The notes under the pieces: generated by a model | What the model saw: the letters and a program-made list of their open reading frames with translations, nothing else | What the model was told of the DNA's origin: nothing | Databases searched by the model: none | Position numbers and translations under genes: made by a program | In this document: piece after piece, positions 27,182 to 36,052 of the stretch | How positions within the stretch are numbered: position 1 is the stretch's first letter | Layout of the letters: each line of letters starts with the position of its first letter | Assembly: GCA_944381105.1 (NCBI GenBank) | Contig: CALWJU010000022.1 | Coordinates: 10,083-74,082, forward strand | Origin: an uncultured Clostridia bacterium | GTDB lineage: Bacteria; Bacillota; Clostridia; Christensenellales; UBA1242 | Length of the DNA: 64,000 nt | Direction of reading: 5' to 3'

Positions 27182-29797
27182 ATGAATGCGACCGCAATAG
27201 GATGGATAGTAACATGTGCTTTTATCGTTATTCTTATAATAGGATTTTTTGTAGGCTTTTGGAGAGGACTTAAAAAATCGACTGCCAATCTAGTTTTTTC
27301 TGTTATAGGTGCGATAGTTGCTTTTTTTGTAACGCCATTAATATCCTCATCGATTTTGAGTATCAATATTGATAATAATGGAGTGCAAATGAGTCTAAGC
27401 GAATATATTATAGACTCGCTTACTCAAAATGAAAGTATAAGTGTAATAATAGAGCGAAATCCAAATATTCAAACTCTTATTGAAGCACTGCCAAGTGCGA
27501 TAGCAAATGTTGTTGTTTTTATCCTTGTAATGATTGCTGTCCAAATTCTTATTTATATTATTTATAGAATTATAGCATGTTTTACTTTTAAAACTCCGCT
27601 TGGACTAAAAAAACATAGAGTATGGGGAGGGGTTATAGGTTTTGCCAAGGTTTTTGTACTTACAGTGTTTGCTTTTATGCCGATCGCTGGACTTATCGGC
27701 ATGTATGACACCTTGCAAACAACTCAGGCAAACTATTTGCTTGTAGAGAATAACAATAGCGTTGAAGAAAACGAGAGTGGCGATTTAGAAGATGGAACTG
27801 CAAGTGAAAGCGATGAAACAACTTCGGTAAGTCAAGAGACAGACCATAGCACTAGTCTAATTGAGCAGTATGTTCCACAAGAGGTTAGCAACATCATGGG
27901 CGGTCTAGAAAATAATATGCTCATCAAAATTTGTGGAATCTTTGGGCTTGACAATGCAACTTTTGATTATTATTCATCTGTAAAGGTAGGAGATAATAAT
28001 GTCTATATTAGACAAGAGATAGAAACTGTTTATCCTATTGTCGAGTTTGCGTACCAACTATCGCAGGATAGTTCAAATATAACATTTGAAGATGTAAACT
28101 ATCAGAAATTAGAAGAATTTGTAAATAATTTTACAGATGGAGGGCTTTTTAAAAGTAGTGTAGTCGACCTTGCAAGCGATATCATATTAAACTATCAAGA
28201 ATATCCATTTTTAAATGATGTAGATATTTCTCAGTATGAGGATATTTTAGAGCCACTACAACGCTCTATTCAAGTTTATTCACAAGAGCATGAATTACTT
28301 GAAAATTATTTTATAAATGATGTTAAACAAATATTTAGTGCGGTAAGTCTTTTAGGTCAAGAAGGTTTGCTAGATGAAATTGCAAATGCAAACGACGAAG
28401 AACAAATGCTTGATATACTATTTTCAGATGCAAATCTGCAAACAACTGAAAGTGCTATAATAGACCTATTAAATGTAAATATGGTACGTGATGCCATTGT
28501 TCCTATTGCAAACTTGGCAATTTCTAAAATAGATGAACAGATTGGACAGATAACAATTAGCACAGACACATGGGTAGAAGAAGATTGGAAAAGTCTTAGT
28601 TCGTCAATAGTAAATATAGTTAACAACTTTATAAATCTTACAAATTCATTACCTGAGAACACTGATATTATGCAGTTGCTAGAAGATCCAACCATTCTTA
28701 TAACAAATAACAGCATCAACCTTTCAAATATCACAGGAGCACTTGGAGAGATTTTAGACGATGCAATATCAATAAAACTATTCTACACACAAGAGGGTAA
28801 TTCAATAATAGCGGACTTCTTAAATGAAAACAACATATCTCTTCCAACGGAGATTATCTATGATAACAACGGAGAGGTAGTAAATATTGACTCGTATAGC
28901 GACCTGTTTGATTTTATTACTCCTGCACTTAACCGAGTTAAGTCAACAAATCTTTATGAACTTTTAAACAATGATGATCCAAATGAAATAATAACAAGTC
29001 TTGCAAGTCTAATATCAACCGAGGGCAATGAAAATCTGTTAACTGATGTGATCTTGCCTCTCAGCCAAGTAGAGCCAACAAAGACAATAATAGTGGATGA
29101 ACTTTTGCAGACAATCGACACTGATTTGATTTCATTTGCAAATATTGAAGGCTACTATGAGTGGAAGAGTGATTTGGGTTACATTTCAGACTTGCTGATA
29201 ACAACAAACTCTTTATCATATGAAGGCTCAACCTATCTTAACCTACTACTAAGTGGCGACCTTGACACAATCCTTGTAAACATTGATGGCGAAGAATTTG
29301 AAAATATATTAAAGCCTATTCTCTACGCTAAGTCAACAGCAAGTATAAGGGGTGATTTGTTTAATAGTCTAGTTGAAGTTGTAGATAGTTTGACCTCAAC
29401 AACAAATCAACTCAATTTAGAGGGCATTACTCTTGTTGAGGGTGAAGAAGACGACCAAGCACAAGAAATTTGTGATGTGTTTACTGCCTTCTTAGAAATA
29501 AACCATACTTTCAGCGAGGGAATGACTATACAAGATTTAGATAAGACCGCTTTAAGTCAACTGCTTACTGCTATGCAGTCAAACTCATATAGAGTGGAGT
29601 TATTAGGAAAGAGCGAAGAGGGGCTGTTCTATGATATGTATAACAACATTTTGACCTCAATAAAGACATCATATCAAGATGCAATAGCCCTATCAGAAGA
29701 GTTGCAAACAATGTTAGAAGAAGAGAACTACCCATATATAGATTTTACAGAATTATTTAATCTCATAGAAGAGGTAGAAACAAGTTTAGAAGGATAA
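27182..29797 (+). CDS. CvpA-like membrane domain fused to a ~650-aa acidic extension
   Basis: N-terminus WIVTCAFIVILIIGFFVGFWRGLKKSTANLVFSVIGAIVAFFV resembles the CvpA (colicin V production) family GFxRG motif. 4 TM helices, then a D/E/N-rich region without recognisable motifs. The stop is 2 nt before the rsmH ATG. Confidence 0.6.
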   Translation: MNATAIGWIVTCAFIVILIIGFFVGFWRGLKKSTANLVFSVIGAIVAFFVTPLISSSILSINIDNNGVQMSLSEYIIDSLTQNESISVIIERNPNIQTLIEALPSAIANVVVFILVMIAVQILIYIIYRIIACFTFKTPLGLKKHRVWGGVIGFAKVFVLTVFAFMPIAGLIGMYDTLQTTQANYLLVENNNSVEENESGDLEDGTASESDETTSVSQETDHSTSLIEQYVPQEVSNIMGGLENNMLIKICGIFGLDNATFDYYSSVKVGDNNVYIRQEIETVYPIVEFAYQLSQDSSNITFEDVNYQKLEEFVNNFTDGGLFKSSVVDLASDIILNYQEYPFLNDVDISQYEDILEPLQRSIQVYSQEHELLENYFINDVKQIFSAVSLLGQEGLLDEIANANDEEQMLDILFSDANLQTTESAIIDLLNVNMVRDAIVPIANLAISKIDEQIGQITISTDTWVEEDWKSLSSSIVNIVNNFINLTNSLPENTDIMQLLEDPTILITNNSINLSNITGALGEILDDAISIKLFYTQEGNSIIADFLNENNISLPTEIIYDNNGEVVNIDSYSDLFDFITPALNRVKSTNLYELLNNDDPNEIITSLASLISTEGNENLLTDVILPLSQVEPTKTIIVDELLQTIDTDLISFANIEGYYEWKSDLGYISDLLITTNSLSYEGSTYLNLLLSGDLDTILVNIDGEEFENILKPILYAKSTASIRGDLFNSLVEVVDSLTSTTNQLNLEGITLVEGEEDDQAQEICDVFTAFLEINHTFSEGMTIQDLDKTALSQLLTAMQSNSYRVELLGKSEEGLFYDMYNNILTSIKTSYQDAIALSEELQTMLEEENYPYIDFTELFNLIEEVETSLEG

Positions 29798-29799
29798 AA

Positions 29800-30732
29800 A
29801 TGAAAGAATTTAAACATATACCTGTTATGCTTGATGAAGTAATTGACGGACTTGACATAAAAGAAAATGGAATATACGTTGATTGCACAATAGGTGGCGG
29901 AGGGCACTCATCTTTCATACTGAAAAGATTAACCGCAGGACATCTATATGGTTTTGATAGAGATGAGGATGCAATTTCAACCTGTAAGGAGAGATTTAAG
30001 GGAGAAGATAAACTTACCTTAATACATGCAAATTATAAAGATGCACCAAATATTTTAAATGAGAGAAATGTAAATGAAATTGATGGCTTTTTAATTGATT
30101 TAGGTGTAAGTTCTTACCAAATAGATAATGCAGAGCGAGGCTTTTCAATCTTGCACGATGGCAGACTTGACATGCGAATGGATAGGTCGCAAAAACTTGA
30201 TGCTTATTATGTAGTAAATAATTATCCCAAAGAAAGATTGCTCGATATATTGTATAGATATGGCGAGGAAAATAATGCAAGAAAGATTGTAGATAATATT
30301 TTGCTGAGCCGAAGAAATAAACCGATAGAAACAACGGGGGAACTTAAAGAGATAATAGAAGAAAGTTTTCCAAAAAAAGTCATTTATGGGAAAGGAGGGG
30401 TATCAAAAAAAACTTTTCAGGCAATAAGAATTGAGGTAAATCAAGAACTTGACGGAATTGATGACCTCCTTTTAAAACTCATAAAGATGCTAAAATCTGG
30501 TGGTAGAGGAGCGGTATTGACCTTTCATAGTCTAGAAGATAGGATTGTAAAAAATGTTTTCAAAAAGGAGGCTAGCGACTGTATTTGTCCACCTAAAATT
30601 CCTGTTTGTATCTGTGGACATAAAAGAAGCATTAAACTCATAAATAAAAAGCCAATTACAGCAAGTGAAAGAGAACTTAGCGAAAATCCAAGAAGTAGTA
30701 GTGCTAAACTGCGAATTATAGAAAAAATTTAA
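29800..30732 (+). CDS. rsmH: 16S rRNA (cytosine1402-N4)-methyltransferase RsmH/MraW
   Basis: HIPVMLDEV, SAM motif DCTIGGGGHS, DLGVSSYQID, FHSLEDRIVK, NPRSSSAKLR. Confidence 0.95.
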   Translation: MKEFKHIPVMLDEVIDGLDIKENGIYVDCTIGGGGHSSFILKRLTAGHLYGFDRDEDAISTCKERFKGEDKLTLIHANYKDAPNILNERNVNEIDGFLIDLGVSSYQIDNAERGFSILHDGRLDMRMDRSQKLDAYYVVNNYPKERLLDILYRYGEENNARKIVDNILLSRRNKPIETTGELKEIIEESFPKKVIYGKGGVSKKTFQAIRIEVNQELDGIDDLLLKLIKMLKSGGRGAVLTFHSLEDRIVKNVFKKEASDCICPPKIPVCICGHKRSIKLINKKPITASERELSENPRSSSAKLRIIEKI

Positions 30733-30795
30733 CTCTTGCAAGTTTATACAATTGTTTAATGAAATGTAATAAAACAAAAAGGGGGAGAATAAAAT

Positions 30796-31461
30796 ATGGA
30801 TGAAAAGATATTGCTTGCCGAAAAGATAAAAGAAGAAAGTAAGACTGCACAGGCGGAGACATTAAAAAAGATAGAGAAAAAGTATATAGAACTTAAAGGT
30901 GGCGAGAAAGAGCAAGGAGAGAAACAGTTTGAGAAAATAAAGAAATCAAACGAGTATACAGTAAATCCTTTCTCTGCGTCGGCATTTAAAGAGAATGAGG
31001 TAGAGAAAAGAGAAAAAGATAATAATCTATCGGCTAGCAGTTCTTTGGTAATTGAAACGCCTAACTATGATATGATCGAAACTCTCTCTGAACAGCAAAG
31101 GCAAAAGATATTTAAGGTGGAGGAAGGACAAGAAGAAGGAAGCAAGACATCAACTAAGCCTAACAGATTTAAGATAATCATGTTTTCCATACTTTTTGCA
31201 ATTTTTGGTATTTGGGGGATAGTCAATATTGCCACACTAGACAATCTTTCTTCTGCAATAAGTGATATCACAACAGAATATAACATCAACTTATTATCTT
31301 ATTTAAATAATCTCCACAACCTTGATGCAACAAATTCAGAGAACATGGAAAATTTATTTCAGACCATACCAAAAGATGAATTGCCACCAAATACAATAGG
31401 CGAACAATCCAATTGGTTTGATAGATTTTGCAATTTCATAGCAGGGCTATTTGGAGGATAG
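30796..31461 (+). CDS. Single-pass membrane protein in the FtsL position of the dcw block
   Basis: K/E-rich cytoplasmic N-terminus, one TM (FKIIMFSILFAIFGIWGIVNIA), and a Leu/Asn heptad-like ectodomain. Position between rsmH and the PBP. No sequence-level match recalled. Confidence 0.5.
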   Translation: MDEKILLAEKIKEESKTAQAETLKKIEKKYIELKGGEKEQGEKQFEKIKKSNEYTVNPFSASAFKENEVEKREKDNNLSASSSLVIETPNYDMIETLSEQQRQKIFKVEEGQEEGSKTSTKPNRFKIIMFSILFAIFGIWGIVNIATLDNLSSAISDITTEYNINLLSYLNNLHNLDATNSENMENLFQTIPKDELPPNTIGEQSNWFDRFCNFIAGLFGG

Positions 31462-31463
31462 AC

Positions 31464-33362
31464 TTGCGTAAATATTTTACTTTGTTTTCATTAAAGAAGA
31501 GGATATTAGCAATACTTTTGGTAATATCCTTTATTTTTTGTGCATTAGTTGTAAGATTATTTGTAATTCAGATTATCAACGGCAATGATTTGCAGTTGCG
31601 AGCAACAGATCAGTGGACGAGAGACCTGTCAATAGTTGCTCCACGAGGCACGATTTATGACAGCACAGGAGCGACTCTTGCCGTTAGTTATACAACCTAT
31701 AACGTATATGTCAGAGCAAGAGAGGTTACTATGCCAAGTCAAGTAGCATATACTTTATCACAGTTATTAGACTTAGACTTTGCTTCGGTATATGAAAAAG
31801 TTACGAAAAGGTCGGTAAGCGAGGTTTTAATCAAAATGCAAGTCGATGGTCAAACGGCTGAGCAAATTTACAATGAGAAACTTGATGGAGTGTATCTTGC
31901 TGAAACAAGTGATAGATATTATCCTAATGGCAATCTTTTGACGCAGGTTCTAGGCTTTATTAGCGTGGATAATATTGGGCAAACAGGTATAGAGGCGTAT
32001 TACAACGACTTACTGAAAGGAATTGATGGATATAGTTATGTGCAAAGCGATTTGCAAGGCAAAGAGATAGGCGGTAGTTTAAGATATTATGTTCAAGCGA
32101 CAGCGGGAGATAGTTTGACGCTAACAATAGACAGTAAAATGCAACTAATATTAGAAGAGGCCCTTGAACAGATTATGACAGAACAAACACCTAAGGGAGT
32201 CGCTGGATTGATAATGAATGCAAAGACGGGAGAGATTTTAGCACTATCAAACAAACCGAGTTTTGACCTTAACGATGTGCCACGTGATGACCTTGAAACA
32301 CTTTTTGACCAAAGCAGAATAAAGATTGTTACAGACGTGTATGAGCCAGGCTCAACCTTTAAAATATTGACGGTGGCGGCAGCACTAGAAGAAGGTCTTT
32401 GTTCGCTTGATGATACATTCTATTGCCCAGGTTATAGAATAATAGATGGTGAAAGGATAAGATGTTGGAAGACGATAGGTCATGGCAATCAAACGCTGGA
32501 AGAGGCGTTTGCAAACTCTTGTAATTGTTGCTTTATGGATTTAGCATTGAGGTTAGGAGTCGATAAATTTTACGAGTATATGGAAAAGTTTGGTTTAGGA
32601 CAAAAAACAGGTGTAGATATAGCAGGAGAGGCAAGTGGAATATTGATGGACAAATCACAAGTTCGTACAGTTGATCTTGCAAGAATGGGGTTTGGTCATG
32701 CGGTCGCTGTTACTCCAATTCAACTTCTGACAGCGGTTGCAAGCATTGTAAATGGAGGCACTTATAACATACCGAAATTATTAAGTCTAATTACAGAAGA
32801 AGATGGAGATGTAACTACCATTGATACTGAGGTTAAAAGCAAAAATATAGTGAGTAAATCAACATCAGAGATCGTCAATTATTTGCTTGAATGTGCGGAA
32901 AACAAAACAGGTAAATATACCTTTGTAGAGGGCTACAATGTAGGAGGAAAGACAGGAACAGCACAAAAGTATAACGAAAACGGCGGTATTGACCAAGGCA
33001 AATATATATCAAGTTTTATAGGAACTTATCCAGCAGATGACCCTGAGTATATTGTATTTATTATGGTAGATGAGCCAGGAGCAGGTGCGTACTATGGAAG
33101 TATAGTTGCAGCTCCTTATGGGAAAATCGTATTTACAAATTTATTTGAATATCTTGGGGAGGAAAAACAAGATGAAAGCGTCGAAGTTAAATATGTTACT
33201 ATGCCTGACCTAGTTGGTTTAAGTCTAGCAGAGGCTGGCAGTAGACTTAAAGCCCTCAATTTGTATTATGAACTAGATGGAGAGGGAGAGTTTGTAACAG
33301 ACCAACTACCACCGCCAAACACAATGGTGCAAGAAGGTACAACTGTGGTATTGATAACATAA
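31464..33362 (+). CDS. Class B penicillin-binding protein (FtsI/PBP2B-type) with C-terminal PASTA domain
   Basis: TTG start at 31464, preceded by ggagga (5-nt spacing). TM, then SxxK (STFK), SxN (SCN), KTG (KTGT). PASTA-like VTMPDLVGLSLAEAGSRLKALNL. Confidence 0.9.
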   Translation: MRKYFTLFSLKKRILAILLVISFIFCALVVRLFVIQIINGNDLQLRATDQWTRDLSIVAPRGTIYDSTGATLAVSYTTYNVYVRAREVTMPSQVAYTLSQLLDLDFASVYEKVTKRSVSEVLIKMQVDGQTAEQIYNEKLDGVYLAETSDRYYPNGNLLTQVLGFISVDNIGQTGIEAYYNDLLKGIDGYSYVQSDLQGKEIGGSLRYYVQATAGDSLTLTIDSKMQLILEEALEQIMTEQTPKGVAGLIMNAKTGEILALSNKPSFDLNDVPRDDLETLFDQSRIKIVTDVYEPGSTFKILTVAAALEEGLCSLDDTFYCPGYRIIDGERIRCWKTIGHGNQTLEEAFANSCNCCFMDLALRLGVDKFYEYMEKFGLGQKTGVDIAGEASGILMDKSQVRTVDLARMGFGHAVAVTPIQLLTAVASIVNGGTYNIPKLLSLITEEDGDVTTIDTEVKSKNIVSKSTSEIVNYLLECAENKTGKYTFVEGYNVGGKTGTAQKYNENGGIDQGKYISSFIGTYPADDPEYIVFIMVDEPGAGAYYGSIVAAPYGKIVFTNLFEYLGEEKQDESVEVKYVTMPDLVGLSLAEAGSRLKALNLYYELDGEGEFVTDQLPPPNTMVQEGTTVVLIT

Positions 33363-33385
33363 ATGGTAAGATGAAAATTTTAATA

Positions 33386-33415
33386 ATTATTTAAAAAAGA
33401 ATATTTTTAAATAAT
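33386..33415 (+). terminator. All-A/T hairpin after the PBP gene (weak terminator candidate)
   Basis: attatttaaaaa-agaata-tttttaaataat, perfect 12-bp arms. No G/C, no clean T-run. Confidence 0.25.
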
Positions 33416-33472
33416 ACTTGCAAAACCTCTCTTTTGCTTGATAAAATATCAAAAAAAATATAAAATAATATT

Positions 33473-34183
33473 ATGAGCACAATATGGATAATAATCATTT
33501 GCCTGATAGCCTTTGCGATACTCATTTGTTTTCTGCTATCAATTGCGAATTTTTCCTATGATAGATTTCTGCAAAGATATAAAAAACTTGATAAGATAGG
33601 TGTAAACTCAAATCTTACTACTATGGAATTCATAAATCAAGTAAATTATCAGGTCTTTGGGAATAAATTGAAAATACTACAAATCTCACAAGTCGCTGGG
33701 GATGCTTATGGAAGTGGTAAATTATTTTTGTCAACTAGGACAATAAATTCAAATTCAATAGCATCGTTTACTATCATCGCCCACGAACTCGGACATGCAA
33801 AACAAGACTTTGAGGGGAAAAAGTTAAAACGGCTTAAATTTTTGCGAGTTCTCGGTAAATGCTTAGGCTTTTTGCTTCCGCTAGTCTTGCTTTCAGGAAT
33901 AATATTGATGTTTTTTGGCGAAGACTATTTTACTTATGGAATAATACTTTTAGCGGTTGGACTTGGAATATTTCTTCTCGCTCTTTTCAATAAACTTCTT
34001 ACTATTTCAATTGAGAAAGATGCGTCAAGCAAAGCGATTGTGCTGTTAAAAGATTTTTTAAATGATGAAGAACTAAAACTAGCAAAACGCTTCTTAAAAG
34101 ATGCAAGGCTCACTTATTGGGCGGACTTTTTAAGAATAATTCTAGGTTGGACAGGTTTTTCAAAAAAATCAAAACTTTTTTAA
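33473..34183 (+). CDS. YugP-type putative neutral zinc metallopeptidase (membrane)
   Basis: N-terminal TM, HELGHAKQD (HExxH), two C-terminal TM helices. Architecture matches the Zn_peptidase_2 family from memory. Confidence 0.7.
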   Translation: MSTIWIIIICLIAFAILICFLLSIANFSYDRFLQRYKKLDKIGVNSNLTTMEFINQVNYQVFGNKLKILQISQVAGDAYGSGKLFLSTRTINSNSIASFTIIAHELGHAKQDFEGKKLKRLKFLRVLGKCLGFLLPLVLLSGIILMFFGEDYFTYGIILLAVGLGIFLLALFNKLLTISIEKDASSKAIVLLKDFLNDEELKLAKRFLKDARLTYWADFLRIILGWTGFSKKSKLF

Positions 34184-34194
34184 AGGAGGATTTT

Positions 34195-34911
34195 ATGGGA
34201 TATTTAATAGGATATATCATTTCAGGTGTTGTGATTGTTGTATCAATCATTATAGCACTTGTCGCACAAACAAAGGTCAATAACGCTTTTGATGAGTTTA
34301 AAGACACGCCGTCATCAATAGATTTAACAGGCTCTCAACTTGCAGAGAGACTATCAGACGAAAACAATCTTGCTTTAACTGTAAGGGAATGTCAAGGAAA
34401 ACTATCCGATCACTATGATCCTACTGATAAGAGCATAAATATATCACAAAGTAATTTTAATAATAAATCAATTGCCTCACAAGCGATAGTTGCTCACGAG
34501 TTTGGACATGCCATGCAAGACGCAGAAGGGTATGCACCATTTAAAGTGCGACAATTCGTTGTAAAGGCAAGCAATTTAGTCTCACGCATGCTCATGCCGT
34601 TGCTGATATTAGGAATACTTTTACAAGTGTTTTTAATGGGTATCGCTGGAAGTATTATAATTTATGTATCAATTGCAATCTATGCAGTTGCAGTTATAGC
34701 AAATCTTGTAACTTTGCCTGTGGAGATAAACGCATCTTCAAGAGCGAAGGATTTGCTGGTAAGAATAGGGGCAGGTAGCGACGAAGAGGTTAGGGCGACA
34801 GATAAAGTCCTAAACGCAGCAGCGCTGACCTATGTTGCCTCTCTTATGGTCTCTCTTGCTTACTTTATGAGATTTTTGTTTTTGCTTCTTATGTGGACAA
34901 AGAAAGATTAA
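34195..34911 (+). CDS. YugP-type putative neutral zinc metallopeptidase (membrane), tandem paralog
   Basis: Start ATG 34195 after aaaggagg. HEFGHAMQD. Same TM layout as the upstream gene. Confidence 0.75.
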   Translation: MGYLIGYIISGVVIVVSIIIALVAQTKVNNAFDEFKDTPSSIDLTGSQLAERLSDENNLALTVRECQGKLSDHYDPTDKSINISQSNFNNKSIASQAIVAHEFGHAMQDAEGYAPFKVRQFVVKASNLVSRMLMPLLILGILLQVFLMGIAGSIIIYVSIAIYAVAVIANLVTLPVEINASSRAKDLLVRIGAGSDEEVRATDKVLNAAALTYVASLMVSLAYFMRFLFLLLMWTKKD

Positions 34912-34935
34912 AATTTAAAAATAATATAAATAAAA

Positions 34936-34996
34936 ATAATGTATCATAAAAACCTAAAAATCATCTTTGAAAGGCATATTGATACATTATTTTTTA
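34936..34996. terminator. Hairpin terminator between convergent genes (large loop)
   Basis: AATAATGTATCA (34936..34947) ... TGATACATTATT (34980..34991), then ttttt. Confidence 0.45.
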
Positions 34997-35075
34997 TAAA
35001 AAATAAATTTTTACATAAAAATTTTATTGTTTTTAAGTTGAAATCAAAATTTTAGCATTAAATAATTTTAATAAG

Positions 35076-35282
35076 TCAAATACTATTATTTATTAGTTCG
35101 TCAATGCTGACTTTGAAAATTTTAGATAATTTTCTAAGCATGGCAATTGATGGCTCCGTTCGTCCTTGTTCCCAGTTCGCATAGCAGCTTTCAACAACGC
35201 CAAGCTTTTCGGCAACCTGTTTTTGTGTTAGCCCTAAATCTTTTCTTAAATATTTCAAATTATCACAAAATATTTTATCCAT
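35076..35282 (-). CDS. XRE/Cro-CI family HTH transcriptional regulator (68 aa)
   Basis: LKYLRKDLGLTQKQVAEKLGVVESCYANWEQGRTEPSIAMLRKLSKIF is a typical HTH_3 pattern. Confidence 0.85.
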   Translation of the reverse strand: MDKIFCDNLKYLRKDLGLTQKQVAEKLGVVESCYANWEQGRTEPSIAMLRKLSKIFKVSIDELINNSI

Positions 35283-35288
35283 ATAAAA

Positions 35289-35344
35289 ATTTTATGCAAA
35301 ACTAGACAAAATGTCTTGACACTAGACAAAATATCTAGTATAAT
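35289..35344. promoter_or_regulatory. Divergent promoter/operator region with direct repeats
   Basis: Plus strand: TTGACA (35316..35321) -17 nt- TATAAT (35339..35344). 12-nt direct repeat ACTAGACAAAAT at 35301..35312 and 35321..35332. Palindrome CTAGAcaaaataTCTAG fills the spacer. Minus strand: TAAAAT (35289..35294) is 6 nt from the XRE ATG. Confidence 0.6.
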
Positions 35345-35362
35345 TCTATAAAAGGAGTTGAA

Positions 35363-36019
35363 ATGGAAGAAATAAGAATGAATAAAACAGAAGAGAAAAT
35401 ATTGCTTGAAATGAGATTTCAAATTCCACTCATATTACATATATTGGTACCAATAGCCATAGTATTGGCAACATTTTTGGCTGTATTCACAGGTATATTT
35501 GAAGTATGGGCTTTTGTAGTGATTGTTGCAGTTATATATATTGTGTTATGTATTGGCATACATAACGAAAAATGTATAATAACTGACAAGAAAATAAAAG
35601 GGCGTAAATTTATATTTTTTGGTTATAAAAGTTATAATTTAAGATTAGATATGATTGACGGAGTTGAATCGCAAAATATTGCAGGTATCAATGGAATAAA
35701 AATTAAATTTACACAAGGATATGTCAATTCAACTGGTGGGGATAAAACTTTACAAATTGGAAATGTAAAAAATATAGATGAGGTACTTGCTCAGTTAAAT
35801 AAAATTATATCCAGCATAAGAAATGATAAGGATGTTGCAGCTGATTTATCATTAAAACAATCCCAGGCAATCAATAATATAGCGACATCCATTGCATCAA
35901 ATAAACAAAGTGTTGATATAGTTAATTCTTTAAGTCAATTAAAAAGATTATTAGACGAAAAAGTTATATCAAGTGAAGAATATGAAAAAAAGAGAAAAGA
36001 ATTATTAGAAAAATTCTAA
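35363..36019 (+). CDS. Membrane protein with bacterial PH-like domain and C-terminal SHOCT-like motif
   Basis: Two TM helices, then CIITDKKIKGRKFIFFGYKSYNLRLDMIDGVE (bPH-like). C-terminus LLDEKVISSEEYEKKRKELLEKF (SHOCT-like). SD aaggag. Confidence 0.6.
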   Translation: MEEIRMNKTEEKILLEMRFQIPLILHILVPIAIVLATFLAVFTGIFEVWAFVVIVAVIYIVLCIGIHNEKCIITDKKIKGRKFIFFGYKSYNLRLDMIDGVESQNIAGINGIKIKFTQGYVNSTGGDKTLQIGNVKNIDEVLAQLNKIISSIRNDKDVAADLSLKQSQAINNIATSIASNKQSVDIVNSLSQLKRLLDEKVISSEEYEKKRKELLEKF

Positions 36020-36052
36020 AATAAAGCTTTTCTCTTTTTTATTGATTATATT

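Noticed and set aside
31428-31463. ATG 31428 as the start of the PBP gene
   Set aside because: It overlaps the upstream gene by 34 nt and has no SD. TTG 31464 is preceded by ggagga at ideal spacing and gives a normal short cytoplasmic tail before the TM.
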